DNA of 64,000 nt from positions 346,214-410,213 of the forward strand of contig JAHDYR010000053.1 of the NCBI GenBank assembly GCA_019828565.1. Direction: 5' to 3'. Under the pieces are notes generated by a model. That model was not told the DNA's origin and ran no database searches. It was given only the letters and a program-made list of their open reading frames with translations. This document shows, piece after piece, positions 10,820-21,676 of this stretch. This DNA is from Carpediemonas membranifera BICM (taxonomy: Eukaryota; Protista; Fornicata). Both the position numbers and the translations under genes were made by a program. Each line of letters starts with the position of its first letter. The first letter of the stretch is position 1.

Positions 10820-12025
10820 TCAGCGGAACAGCAGGCCCCGCACCTTCCGGACATCCGGACTCTGCACGGGTGACCCATGGTCAATAAGAGCCGCCACCCT
10901 GCGGTGCTCAGGCCCCTTGAGTGCCCCTGTCTGTGATAGCTGGGCCTGGAGCTTCCGGATCTCTCTCGCCTTGTCTGCCAGGGCCTGGGTCAACTCGCGA
11001 GTTTCCCTGGAAACTGCGCGGTCGGCCTCAGCGGCTACAGCCTCTAGCTCGGTCTGGTGGGTGCGCCTCAAGTCGTCCACCGTTCTCTGATGCTGCAACT
11101 CAGCCTGGCGTCTCATCCCCCGCTCCTGGCTCAAACTCTGCCGGAGACTTTTGATCTCGTCATTCAAAGTAGGGTCATCGCGGACGGAGGATGCCCGCTG
11201 CTGGAGGGACATGTTCTCGTTGATTAGTCTGTCGCACGCGGCCTCCATGCTCGCGGCAGTCTGCTGCTGGCGGGACAACTCGCCCTTAACTCGAGCGAGG
11301 TCGGCCCGGACGGCGCGGAGCTCGCGGTCAGTGGCGAGGGCCATCTGCTTGTGGGCCTGGAGGTCTACTACGCGGGTGTTAGCCTCATGGAGGGCCTCCT
11401 CGCATTGCTTGAGGTCGCGTCTGAGCAGCTCCTCCTCTGTCGGCCCAGACTTCTTCGCATACTTCGAGTCGGTCCCTCCGTCTGCGAGGATGATCTTGAA
11501 CTGGTCGAGCTCTGCCTCTAGCCTTCTGACTTTCTTTTCCCATCCCATTTCACGGACCTTTGTCTGCCGTTCGAGCGAAGTGAGTTCGCTTTCTGCCTTG
11601 TCTGCTCTCAAGCGTTCTTTAGCAGCAGTTTCGCGCTCCTTGTTCAGCTTCTCGGTGAGTTGCATAGCTGTGTCGGCACGATTTTGGATGAACTCCTCAA
11701 ATTGCCGCCTTTCACTCTCGCGGCGCTTCTGGAGATTCGCGAGCTCTTCTTGTAGAGATCGGACGTCTACACGGTTGGAAACGTGCTCTGCATTCTCGTA
11801 TTTGCTCTGGGACGTGAGATCGTCCGGTTGTGTTGTCCTGGAGCGAACAAAAGAAGGCTGTGCGGTGTCTAGCTGTGCAATGGATAGAGATGTGGAATCA
11901 AGCCTCGCTTTGCTCAACGGCGAGCCAAAGGAGACGAGTCTTTTGTTCATGCGACGCGAAGAGCGGCAAAAGTGCGGGGGACGAAGCTGGCAGCAGCCAC
12001 CTGCGGGAGGCCCATTACTGGACAC
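10820..12025 (-). CDS. Coiled-coil protein, unknown function (probable start MNKRL at about 11950)
   Basis: Long E/R/L/Q heptad-rich ORF. Confidence 0.65.
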   Translation of the reverse strand: MSSNGPPAGGCCQLRPPHFCRSSRRMNKRLVSFGSPLSKARLDSTSLSIAQLDTAQPSFVRSRTTQPDDLTSQSKYENAEHVSNRVDVRSLQEELANLQKRRESERRQFEEFIQNRADTAMQLTEKLNKERETAAKERLRADKAESELTSLERQTKVREMGWEKKVRRLEAELDQFKIILADGGTDSKYAKKSGPTEEELLRRDLKQCEEALHEANTRVVDLQAHKQMALATDRELRAVRADLARVKGELSRQQQTAASMEAACDRLINENMSLQQRASSVRDDPTLNDEIKSLRQSLSQERGMRRQAELQHQRTVDDLRRTHQTELEAVAAEADRAVSRETRELTQALADKAREIRKLQAQLSQTGALKGPEHRRVAALIDHGSPVQSPDVRKVRGLLFR

Positions 12026-12243
12026 GCACGTTATCCTGACCCAAAGCCATTCTCACCAGCTGTATGATATTTCTGGCGCGCTCGTGTGTCGTGCGAAACA
12101 GTCGGGAATTTGGTTCATACGGCTCTCCAAGGTCTGGCACAACCTTTCTACCCTGACTCATTCATTGATCTGTTAATCAAATCCATATCTCATCTCATTT
12201 ACCCGATATCCCGATCTCCGCAACTCGGGAGAGAAGACATTGA

Positions 12244-12685
12244 ATGCCCGAACTCAGCTATATCGACATGGACAGCGGCCTAGATGCTAAGCAAGGCTTC
12301 TTTGCAGCAAACAAAGTCATATTCCGTCGTGTTTCGCTCTGCGTACGCGCTTTCAACGTCATCGCGCTCCTGGCCTTCATCCTCGGAGCTCTCCTGGCCA
12401 TCCCGACTGCACTTATCATCCTTTTCACCACCAAATCGATCATCATGCCGGCCATTGTTATCTTCCTCGGCCTCCCTCATCATTGTCGGCGTCCTCGAGC
12501 TCCTGGTCGAGCTCATCTGCTTCCTTGCTCTGAGCAAGGTCCAGCGCCTCCTCACCCCAGTCTTTGTCCTCGCGTCCATTGCTAAGGTGCTGGGCGGTGT
12601 GGTGTATTCTGTGGTGGTGCCGGTGCTTTTAGTCAAGGTATACATCGTGCTCATGGTGGTGTTCGCGTTCATAAGCCATGGATGA
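12244..12685 (+). CDS. Small multi-pass membrane protein with an apparent +1 frameshift near 12470-12476
   Basis: Hydrophobic helices continue from ORF 12244 into the frame of ORF 12284 at ...GGCCTCCCTCATC... Confidence 0.5.
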
Positions 12686-12795
12686 GTGTAGTTTGGGAGA
12701 CACACCAGTATCCACCATGGCCACCGCACTTTAAAACACAAGAACTGTAGCGTTCAGACTCAAGTATTCTTATCCTGTGCGGCACAAGAACGACA

Positions 12796-13860
12796 TTGCA
12801 TATGCGGGAGATCGAAGAGTGCATCGAGCGCTACCAATACCATTCAAATGAGCTGCAACGACAGTATCGGCTCTTTAACATCCGCGAGAAGGTCAAGGGC
12901 CGCCGTACTGTGTTGCCGCTGCCCCATCACAGCATGTATCGATTCTCATTCGGTTCTCCACAGAAACTCAAGTACGTATCTGGTTGGGATGGCACTGAGT
13001 TCAAGATCAAGCTGTTAGAGGAGCTCGTACGAAAACTCTTGCTGAAAATCTCCTTCCTGGTCTTGCTGGAGAACTCCCAGCTGAGTGTGGAAGCTTCTGC
13101 GCTAGCAGTGTATAAGGAGAGGAATACTCTCAGCACAGCCTTCCGCTCTTGGCGTAGATCAGCCCGACGCCGTTCCGACAAGCATGGCGATGAATCGAAA
13201 CCAAGGCCTTCCAGGCCCGCTGGTGATGAACACACCAAGTCCAAGAACATACGCGCTTCCCAGTCCACCTCTATGTCCGCTACAAGCCGGAGGACTTGGG
13301 GCAACTGGGAGGAGATTGCCACAAGTTCCCTCATCAAGGGCCGGGATGGGTCAGCCCCACTGACAACAGAGGAGCACGGAGGGCTTGGTGGTGGTGGTTA
13401 CCACATGTATAATAGCGGCAGTGACCAGGGGGGCGGGCCAAGGGATGTCTCAGCCAGTGATGCTCAGTCAACCGCCCCAGCCCGACCTGACACCAGGCAT
13501 GGTGCTGCCAAGCGATGGGCTGGGGTCCAGAGCAAGGGGCCTCCCACTAGAGCTGGGCCAAATGAGTGTCAAGCCGTGGCCCAAGAGAAAGCAGTCTTGG
13601 ACGACGATAGTAGAGAGAAAGAAGCCGACCCAGACCTTGAGTGGGGTCCTGGAGGCGTCCCAGACTTCCGGGGAACAGTACACGGGGACCACGGTGCCGA
13701 ATGGTCCGACTCAACCAGCCGTATGTCCGACTGGGCCGGCAGTCCTGGGGCAAGTCCCGAGCAGGTTGACCCTGACAAGCAACGCATGGCATCTGATATC
13801 GTCAGCGTCGTCAGGTCCGCCAGGGTGAGTCTGGAGGCCATCAGGGCGAGGCACAGGTGA
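12796..13860 (+). CDS. Hypothetical protein (start uncertain)
   Basis: 354-aa ORF; low-complexity C-terminal half. Confidence 0.5.
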   Translation: MHMREIEECIERYQYHSNELQRQYRLFNIREKVKGRRTVLPLPHHSMYRFSFGSPQKLKYVSGWDGTEFKIKLLEELVRKLLLKISFLVLLENSQLSVEASALAVYKERNTLSTAFRSWRRSARRRSDKHGDESKPRPSRPAGDEHTKSKNIRASQSTSMSATSRRTWGNWEEIATSSLIKGRDGSAPLTTEEHGGLGGGGYHMYNSGSDQGGGPRDVSASDAQSTAPARPDTRHGAAKRWAGVQSKGPPTRAGPNECQAVAQEKAVLDDDSREKEADPDLEWGPGGVPDFRGTVHGDHGAEWSDSTSRMSDWAGSPGASPEQVDPDKQRMASDIVSVVRSARVSLEAIRARHR

Positions 13861-14000
13861 AAGAGCCGTGCTGGGGCTTTAGTTGTTATTATTATTGTTA
13901 GAGCAGCGGTCGGGCGAGGTCGTGACTCAGTTCTCTTGACTTCATCACAACTTCATCATCGCAAATAAATATAAACGCCCAAGAAAGTAATTATTTTACA

Positions 14001-14885
14001 TCAGTCGATGACGTAGTCCATATCCCACTCCGGTGCCGCCCGATCAGGGGCCAAGAGGTCATACGTGCGTCCCCGCCGATCTCTTTCAATACAGCGCCGC
14101 CCGTGTTCGCCGGGCCCACGCATGGGCACCTTCTTCGTCATCTCCTCCACGTTGAACGACTGGGTCGGGGCGATGAACTTCTTGCCGTGGCGGAGGTCCG
14201 CGTCTGGTTGGACGCCGACCGTGGGTTTCTCCTCAGGGTCGAGTGTGAAGTGGCGGCCCTGGGTGCGAATCAAGGCATCCTTGCGGTTGTCTGTGGCTGT
14301 CTCCACGTGGTGGACAGCGGAGGAGACTGTTTCCTGGTCCGTGTCTGCGACCCAGCCCGTGGAAGGGGCCATGCCGAGGAAAACAGAGCTGGCCACGTTG
14401 CGGCGGCGTACTACCTCTTGTTTCAAAGCATAGGTCTCTTCCTGTCTTGCTTTTCTGGCTGCAAGTTGGTTTTGGACTTCGTACTCAAGCTCGCGGCGTC
14501 TGTCGGCGGGAGTCATGAGGGTGCCGGAGCGCGGGGGCTCTACTTCTACAATCTTCTCATCCTCCATGGTGCAGCCGCTTCCGGTGGGCTTTGCACGGAC
14601 GAGAACTTGGCGTTTGCCGTCAACATTCGCTGATCGGGAAGAGACCGGCTGAACATTCACGAATCGCTCTCTGAGGTTGGACGTAATCTTATCCGCGGAC
14701 TTATCATCCAATCCAACAGTTGCTACAGTCATTTCCAGGTTGGAAACTCTGTCGCGGGCTGTTGTGGTGTAGCGTGGGATGGTAACATGCTTTGGACGGG
14801 AATTGAGAGTGGCACGGGTGTTTGGAACGTCAAAAAATGTCGTTATCCGCTCCGCAGCGGACATACGTGATTGTGTGCGCTGCAT
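14001..14885 (-). CDS. Hypothetical protein
   Basis: 294-aa ORF followed by an AT-rich 3' region with GTAAA. Confidence 0.6.
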   Translation of the reverse strand: MQRTQSRMSAAERITTFFDVPNTRATLNSRPKHVTIPRYTTTARDRVSNLEMTVATVGLDDKSADKITSNLRERFVNVQPVSSRSANVDGKRQVLVRAKPTGSGCTMEDEKIVEVEPPRSGTLMTPADRRRELEYEVQNQLAARKARQEETYALKQEVVRRRNVASSVFLGMAPSTGWVADTDQETVSSAVHHVETATDNRKDALIRTQGRHFTLDPEEKPTVGVQPDADLRHGKKFIAPTQSFNVEEMTKKVPMRGPGEHGRRCIERDRRGRTYDLLAPDRAAPEWDMDYVID

Positions 14886-15088
14886 ATGCCAAGAAGAATA
14901 TCGTTTGGCGGGCTAAACTGCACAATGCTGAGAACAGCCGCTACGCCTGCTGGCACCTCCAGCCAGCCTTGTATGACACAACCATCACCACCCAACCCAC
15001 TATGCCTGCTATAATTTACGACGGTCGCGTCAAGTACTTAAAGCAGGTCGACTACCCCAGCAACAAAAAACAACCCAGCCCAAGCTCC

Positions 15089-16297
15089 TCATAAACTGTC
15101 CATGTCGATGGTCTCCGGCACGCCAATATCCTCAGTAGACCCAGCCTCAAGCTTAAATCTCAAAAACTCGCTCTTCTCGTTGACCATCTCAATCTGGTGC
15201 TGCACGGCGCGATGCCACTCCTCTGCCTCCTCCTCATTTGCCATGGAGAAGACGTACTCCCGATCATACGCCGACTTGAACCTCAGTATGAACTTCTTAC
15301 TCGTGTCGGTGGCAGTGACGGTGTGTTCTACGGTGCTCATGAGGAGCGGCAATGACCGGATGGCTTGGAGGTCGTCCTTGGTCTTGTAGTACCGTAGGGA
15401 GAACGCGGTAAGTGCGAAATACCTAGTTTTCCAAGTTCTATAGATCCCACCGCGCTTTTTGAAGAATCCCTCCTTAATGACTTTCGTCTCCGGTCTCTCG
15501 ATGGTGAACACGATGTTGCAGAGCTTGATGACATGGTTCTTATCGTCTGGCCGACTCAATACTTCGCTGATGACCTCCTGGATGTTATCCTTACTAACAA
15601 TGTTCTCTATAAGCGTAGTCGGTTGGTAATTCGCACACCGCTCCGAGAACTCGCCAAGCATCACTGGAGACTGGCCTAGCTGCGATCCAAGCGGCACTTC
15701 CGCCGCGATGGCCAGCCGGATATACATACGTTCGCTCTTGTCCTCCACCGCCGTCATGGCAAACCAGTGGGCTGGCATCACATAGTTCTCGTGCGCCACA
15801 ACGAATAGTACTGGGAGGGAAAGGGTGTAGTCCTCGAGCGTCCCTGTGTCGGTCGTGACGAAGTTGACGTTGATGTCGTAGCAACGGTCGACGGAAAAGG
15901 CGCAAGAGAAAGTCATCTCGCTTCGCCAGACGGCGTGTAGAGACTTCAGCTCTTCCATGCCTGTTTCCGCACTTTGGCCGGCCACAGAAACTGTCGTTTC
16001 GAAGAAATCTCCCTCGTTGTCAGAACAGGGGCGGTAAACCTCTAATACGTGCACGCGCAAGCCCAAAACAGCAACCTCGGCCTGTGCACGAAGCTCATTA
16101 AACTGAATAGACTCGTTCCGTTGCCTCTTGGATTGTTTGCGGGGCTTCACGGCCCCGGGACCTACTTGTGGCTGAGCGCGGAGCCCATTGTACTGCATTG
16201 ATTCATTTCGTGGCATGTTGCGCTGTTTCTTAGGCTTGGGATTGTAATAACGGTTGTATGGACTCGGATTCTTCGGTTTCGATCCGCCAACTCCCAT
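15089..16297 (-). CDS. PH-domain protein with a C2-like region and N-myristoylation motif
   Basis: MGxxxSK start; IKEGFFKKRGGIYRTWKTRYFAL...EEWHRAV PH domain; duplicated RNESxQxNxLRAQ motif. Confidence 0.8.
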   Translation of the reverse strand: MGVGGSKPKNPSPYNRYYNPKPKKQRNMPRNESMQYNGLRAQPQVGPGAVKPRKQSKRQRNESIQFNELRAQAEVAVLGLRVHVLEVYRPCSDNEGDFFETTVSVAGQSAETGMEELKSLHAVWRSEMTFSCAFSVDRCYDINVNFVTTDTGTLEDYTLSLPVLFVVAHENYVMPAHWFAMTAVEDKSERMYIRLAIAAEVPLGSQLGQSPVMLGEFSERCANYQPTTLIENIVSKDNIQEVISEVLSRPDDKNHVIKLCNIVFTIERPETKVIKEGFFKKRGGIYRTWKTRYFALTAFSLRYYKTKDDLQAIRSLPLLMSTVEHTVTATDTSKKFILRFKSAYDREYVFSMANEEEAEEWHRAVQHQIEMVNEKSEFLRFKLEAGSTEDIGVPETIDMDSL

Positions 16298-16552
16298 TGC
16301 GACTTTCGGCAGTTAGTCGAGACGAAGCATGGGCATTGGGGATGCTGAAGCCGAATAGCATGGCTAACACGGCGCTTACTAGTCCCTATCCGATGTACAT
16401 TCACACCCATCCTCCCAACCCGGTTTCCCGGATGAGATACAAATCTCCCGCTCATCTCGCGCCAAGGTCATCGTGACTCCAACAAGCAACAATTAAGATT
16501 TACCCGCTCAGCCCGCAAGGACGCTTGGCGTTCCACGATCGCTACCACAAGC

Positions 16553-17257
16553 TCATAACTTCGAGAGATCGCGCTTGACGTCGCTGACCCAATGGCGGCA
16601 AGTCGAGAAGAACGGGAAGCCGCAGACGAGCCAGATGGAGATGAGCGCGACAGTGATGACGATGCAGATGATGAGGAGGAGGAGCTTCATGTTCTTCATC
16701 CACATCGCCCGCTTCAGCGCCTGGGACTGCGACTGGAAGCTGCGGGCCTCGCTCTTGAGGTTCTCGGCGTCGGCCAGAAGGGTGTCTATCTTGTCTCCGC
16801 GGTCGATGACCTTGCTGATGTTGTCGACCATGATGTTCTTGACGTCGTCGATCTGCGCTTGCACGCGGTTGATGCGATCAGCCTCGACGTTGTTCGAGAA
16901 GTAGGTCATCTGGGACGAGAGTACCCGGGAGAACTCAGAGTTGAGCTGGTATGAGCGAGCAGAGTACATCTTGTCGCCATACGTCGTGGTGAAGCGCTTC
17001 TTGATGTCGGCGAGGAAAGAGAAAGCAATACGCTGAGCAAGCTCGTTATCAGCAAGGCACATGTAGCATAGACCATCCTCAACTATATAATGGATGATGC
17101 AATCGTCGTAGGTGTAGGAATGGCGGCTGTCGGGGCCATTGGCCACGTTCTCGATGAGGGAACGAGTAATGGAGCTAAAGTTGCCTGACCGGATGGAAAA
17201 CTCCGCGAGAACCGTTGTGCCACGGGAAACTACAGAATAGATGAGAGAGCCCGGCAT
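16553..17257 (-). CDS. VAMP7: Longin R-SNARE VAMP7
   Basis: LIYSVVSRGTTVLAE longin domain; IMVDNISKVIDRGDKID R-SNARE motif; C-terminal TM. Confidence 0.92.
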   Translation of the reverse strand: MPGSLIYSVVSRGTTVLAEFSIRSGNFSSITRSLIENVANGPDSRHSYTYDDCIIHYIVEDGLCYMCLADNELAQRIAFSFLADIKKRFTTTYGDKMYSARSYQLNSEFSRVLSSQMTYFSNNVEADRINRVQAQIDDVKNIMVDNISKVIDRGDKIDTLLADAENLKSEARSFQSQSQALKRAMWMKNMKLLLLIICIVITVALISIWLVCGFPFFSTCRHWVSDVKRDLSKL

Positions 17258-17378
17258 AACCCGTCTCTGTCGTCGTTAACTTTTTCTTTCACTCGCAGTT
17301 TTCTGGCACCGCCGCCAGCCACACAAGCGCCTGTGCACGCATGACCATGAACGCCCTGAGCAGCACACCACCCGTCCT

Positions 17379-18049
17379 TCAGCCCTTCACGTCCATGGAA
17401 GGTCCGATCGAAAGCCACCGGATCCGACGACCTGTCTCCAACGAGCAGTCGCCCTCGAGGAGTGGCTGTGTGCCCCTGGTTACTATGACCCCGATCCTGC
17501 CGCCACCGGCCCAGCTGACGGATACGGTGAGCCCGCCAGCACGATTGAGGACATTCGAGACTCGATATCTAGATACATCTCGATCTGACAAAGATATGAT
17601 GACTGAACCATATCTGTGGCGTTGTATGACGACTGCCTTGAGGATTCCTATGATATTACCCAGGTCGTACTGCTTTCGTTGGTCATCAGGCGCCTCGATA
17701 AATTCAGAGAGGCCGAGCACGGCAACAACACGCGGAGCAGGGCTTGCGAGCACTAGATCGTGGGAGATGAACTGGTGGAGCTCGGCAGTGGTCTCACACG
17801 TGACTATACGGACCCTGGAGAGCTTGGCGGAGTCGATGACTGCGCCTGCTGGGAGTGAAGGGCGCGAGGAGAACGAGTTCGTGGTTCCAACGACCACAGC
17901 GTACTCATCGTTGCCTAAAACATTGCAAATGGCGGTTAACGCGATAGATCCGTCGATCTTGCTATAGAAAATGGATGGCGGCGGACGAACATCTCGGGAC
18001 TCATCGATATGCATGCAAAGTCGTAAGAATCGGATATGAACTGATGCAT
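17379..18049 (-). CDS. SWSAP1-like divergent RecA/Rad51 paralogue; intron 17962-17990
   Basis: IDSAKLSRVRIVTCETTAELHQFIS...PAPRVVAVLGLSEFI resembles the SWSAP1 core as I recall it; a GTTCGT...ATAG intron gives start MHQFISD. Confidence 0.55.
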
Positions 18050-18339
18050 TTTCTGCACTAGATCCTGATCAGTCGACGAGAAGAAAGAATCGGCACGCAA
18101 CGACATGCGAAAGGGTCCTTCTTGGCCATTTACGGTTTATGCACAGCCGATACATAAATCAACCCCCGAAGAAGCATCAACCACGCCAGGCGACTACTAA
18201 GCCGGCATTCCGCCTTTCCATTACCTCTCCCCCGGCATGCTCCTTCCAGCACCGCTTGAACAAGCCATCAATCCCCGACTCCATCTCCGACCCCACTAAA
18301 ACTTTTTTACGCACGCTAATACCAAACACCGCACATAGC

Positions 18340-19179
18340 TCAATCATTTGCCAGGGGTGTCCCGGGCTTCGACGAGCGCGAAGTTGTTAAAACAACGAGG
18401 GTTTCGACAAAGATGTCGAAGGGCAAGAACGAATGGCGCTCCATCGCCGACTCCCGGGCATCTCCTGTCTCCTTGCCCATGCGACCCTGAATGAAGATCA
18501 TGTGAGTCAGCGCCACGAGTCTGCGTCTAAAAGGCAGACAAGTGTGGACATAGCTTGCCCTAACGAGGGTTACGCCCGCCTTATCGTCCACGAAGCACAT
18601 GATGCCGTGCTGGGCGTCCATGGCGGCCAGGGCGAACCCCATGATGAGGCGGGGGATCTGCCCGATCACTCGGCGGCAGGGGGAGGTCAGAGCAGCCTCA
18701 CGGTGCTCCTCGCGGATCATTACTATGGGGCAGAGCTCGCCACGCTCAGAGTATATGCCGTGGACGTCGAATTCGAACCTGAATGTGGATCCGAGAATAG
18801 AATACGTCCGTTTCATCGTCATGGGGGCAGCACTCAGCTTGAGGACCTCGGCGTTGTACTCCTCCTCTATGCGGGAGCGGATGACGTCTAAGTGGTTGTC
18901 GTCAACGGCAAATGCCTGCGGCAGTAACGAAGCGTTCATGTTCACGTGAGCGGTGTCTGTGAGCGTGGAGATGGTCACAGGTGTCGTAGTATCAAGCAAT
19001 GAGAACAGACGGTTCAGCAGGCTAGTGCCTTTTCGGTAATCACTCTCAATGGACACGTTTTTCGAAGGGTACTCTGGAAGAGGGAGATACTCCGCCGCTA
19101 TCACTGGGATTTCAGAGAGACCAGTGTTCATGGGCGCCTTGTAGTGCTCTGAACGCGCCACGGGTGTTGAATCAGCCAT
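18340..19179 (-). CDS. Hypothetical protein (probable start MADSTP)
   Basis: Part of a 328-aa ORF; no recognised domain. Confidence 0.55.
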   Translation of the reverse strand: MADSTPVARSEHYKAPMNTGLSEIPVIAAEYLPLPEYPSKNVSIESDYRKGTSLLNRLFSLLDTTTPVTISTLTDTAHVNMNASLLPQAFAVDDNHLDVIRSRIEEEYNAEVLKLSAAPMTMKRTYSILGSTFRFEFDVHGIYSERGELCPIVMIREEHREAALTSPCRRVIGQIPRLIMGFALAAMDAQHGIMCFVDDKAGVTLVRASYVHTCLPFRRRLVALTHMIFIQGRMGKETGDARESAMERHSFLPFDIFVETLVVLTTSRSSKPGTPLAND

Positions 19180-19338
19180 CGTGGCCGGTGAAGGAAAATG
19201 GAGCGCTAAAGTGCACGTAGATGTCGACTCAGGGCAACCGCACTGCCTTAGCGTGTTCGGCAGGAACAGATACACTTTATGCCATTTCTGCTCCGGGCCT
19301 GGACCTTCAATCTCCTCTCGAACCAATATTTACGTCTG

Positions 19339-21522
19339 TTAATGCGGCTCCGGCACCCTCTGGTAAATATACATATATGCCATGTGCAACGGCGGCTTCT
19401 CCACCACCGCCACCTTCGTATCATTGGCCACGACCCAAACCTTCCCGGCATCACTCCCAACACCCTCCGACACCAGCTTCGACCCGTCCACCAGCCTGTG
19501 CGCCACATAGTGGCCGCTGCCGGTGTCTCTGCCCCTGTGGGTGACCGTACTCACGAGCTCGTACCGATAGAATCCGGGTGCAGGATAAGGGGTTGGTTTC
19601 TTCGCGGGGACGACAAAGTCGGGGTGCTCGAGGAGCCAGTTGATCGCCCCCTCGACCTCTGGGATGTTGGACAGGGCGTACTCAGCCTGGTCCTGAGTGA
19701 ATCCGAACTCGACGATCCTCGCAACGCTGTTGGACGACGCAGGGGCCACGGAAACGTCTTCGAGTTGCTTTGGCTGATCAATGAGGTCTAGCGCCTTCTC
19801 GAGCGAGTCTCCGGACAGCATGGCGGCCTTTTCGCTGAGCACGGGGTCGAAACCCATGTTGATCAGCTGGTACAGAACCTGGTCGTTTGGTTTCGTCGGG
19901 AAAGCTTCCATCGGCTTCTCAGCAGCAGGAGGTTCAGTAGCAGCGTGCTTGCCGAGCTCCAGGCTGGTTGCGGGTGTGAGTGGGGTGAGCAGTTTCACGG
20001 GTTGGTATGCCGCGTCAAAGGAGAACCGCTTGGCCGTGACGACGAGGAGCTCGGGGAACTGCTCCATGGAGGCCGTCTGGGTGCACGCGCGGCAGCCGCA
20101 CGACTCGCACCTGTACTCCACCGCCGCGGGCTGGAAGAATGCGGTGATCATTTGTTGAACGGCCGCGCCGTCCTGAACATCTGCGACAAACAGTGGGAGC
20201 TCGGTCTCCTGCTGGCCTGTGCGATAGAGGACGGACCCGCAGGCGGTGCACTCCATGCGATATCTCATGGTAAAGTGCCAAGGGCCGTGCTTACCCAATA
20301 AATGCTGGTCAAGCGCAGTAAATAGCTGGCCCGCAAACTCCATGGCATCCTGCTGCCTACCCTGCTCCTCTCCAGTGCACAGCATGGGGGCAGTTACCCT
20401 GACCAAGTCGGCCGTGTGCGGCTCGATCTCCGACCTGGGCACTCCAGGCTCGAGGGCCGCACGGAGTCGGGCGAGCTGGCATTTGACACAGCTGTACGGG
20501 GAGGGCTGGGTGCACTGGGCGAAGTGTGTGGTGAGGGGAAAGGAAGTGCGTACCTCGGGGTTGAGCAGGATCGCCTGGGTGACAGAGGAGGCGTAGCACA
20601 GGTTGCCGGCATTATGGAGGCCCAGGACCCAAGGGCCGTGGGCTGGCTTGAGGTCGGTGCCTCCTTCCAGGGTTGAGAGAAGGTCGAGGTTGTTGTTCTG
20701 GTCGACTGTGAGTTGAGTCAGCGTCTTTTCAGTCGCCGAGAGCTTGCTAATATCCAGACCAAGGCCGTTGAGGTGGCTGACCAGGCTGTCGTCGGTGACT
20801 TCGTCGTCGCAGGCATAGCAGTGGACATCATTCGAGTCTGCCGAGAGTGAGCCGAGCTTCACTGAGAGTGGGTGACCAGTCTGCTTAAAGTGCTCGAGCG
20901 CATGCCCCTTACCGCCTGTACCGTCGTAGTTAGCCCTGCCGCATGCCAGGTGGCCGCACGTGAGACATAACCAGAGGTTGTCGGTCTGGTCGCATCCTTC
21001 GGCATGGCAGTGGGGCTGTGACGTGTCTACCGGGGCCAGGGGCTTCTGGTCAAGGCTGTCCACGTGGGGGCAGGTGCTCTTCTGGAACTCCCACCCCTTC
21101 TCGGCAGCCGCGGAGTCGAAGTCAACGGCCTCGTCGAGCTGGCGGCACAGGGTGCCAATGTTGGCGGGGCAGCTGTCGAGGGGGTAGTTCTTGAAGGATC
21201 CGTAGTCGAAGAACGTCACAGTGCTCTTGGTCTTGATCGAGGGCTTCACCTCGAGCTTTGTGGCTGGTCCCTGGGGAAGGTTCTCGACCTCAAGGAGTCG
21301 GTGGCAGTAGCCCATGTGTTTTGTGCGCTCGGCATGGATGTGGAGGTGCTCCTTGCAAAGTGCAATGTCGCACTCGAGGCAAAGGTACAGCCCCTCGGTC
21401 GCACGCTCGGTTTCGAAGCAGTAGGCGCAATACTTCTTGTGAGGCTCGCAAACGACACGTGGCTGGAAGTTTTCTAGTACCTGAAAGCGAGTAAATGATG
21501 ATTCGTGCTCTTGTGGGTCCAT
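19339..21522 (-). CDS. UBP14: Ubiquitin-specific protease USP5/USP13 (Ubp14, isopeptidase T)
   Basis: ZnF-UBP NLWLCLTCG...GHALEHF; GLHNAGNLCY Cys box; QQDAMEF; two UBA domains; HRGRDTGSGHY His box. Confidence 0.92.
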   Translation of the reverse strand: MDPQEHESSFTRFQVLENFQPRVVCEPHKKYCAYCFETERATEGLYLCLECDIALCKEHLHIHAERTKHMGYCHRLLEVENLPQGPATKLEVKPSIKTKSTVTFFDYGSFKNYPLDSCPANIGTLCRQLDEAVDFDSAAAEKGWEFQKSTCPHVDSLDQKPLAPVDTSQPHCHAEGCDQTDNLWLCLTCGHLACGRANYDGTGGKGHALEHFKQTGHPLSVKLGSLSADSNDVHCYACDDEVTDDSLVSHLNGLGLDISKLSATEKTLTQLTVDQNNNLDLLSTLEGGTDLKPAHGPWVLGLHNAGNLCYASSVTQAILLNPEVRTSFPLTTHFAQCTQPSPYSCVKCQLARLRAALEPGVPRSEIEPHTADLVRVTAPMLCTGEEQGRQQDAMEFAGQLFTALDQHLLGKHGPWHFTMRYRMECTACGSVLYRTGQQETELPLFVADVQDGAAVQQMITAFFQPAAVEYRCESCGCRACTQTASMEQFPELLVVTAKRFSFDAAYQPVKLLTPLTPATSLELGKHAATEPPAAEKPMEAFPTKPNDQVLYQLINMGFDPVLSEKAAMLSGDSLEKALDLIDQPKQLEDVSVAPASSNSVARIVEFGFTQDQAEYALSNIPEVEGAINWLLEHPDFVVPAKKPTPYPAPGFYRYELVSTVTHRGRDTGSGHYVAHRLVDGSKLVSEGVGSDAGKVWVVANDTKVAVVEKPPLHMAYMYIYQRVPEPH

Positions 21523-21580
21523 TGCGTTGCTCGAGCGCTGGATGTAGCTTTTGGTGATGTGCAGAATATGGTGATGACAC

Positions 21581-21676
21581 TGTGCTGTGTCAAACAATGT
21601 GTTTATACTGCGCAACACTGCCCTGTCTCCCTCCTACTCACGTCTTAAGTCGGTAGGGAGATCGTCTTCTTCAGGG
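21581..21676 (-). mobile_element. Relic 3' end of element C family (shortened LTR 21581-21617, PPT and internal sequence)
   Basis: Reverse complement is near-identical to 35144-35245, with about 6 bp missing from the LTR. Confidence 0.85.
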
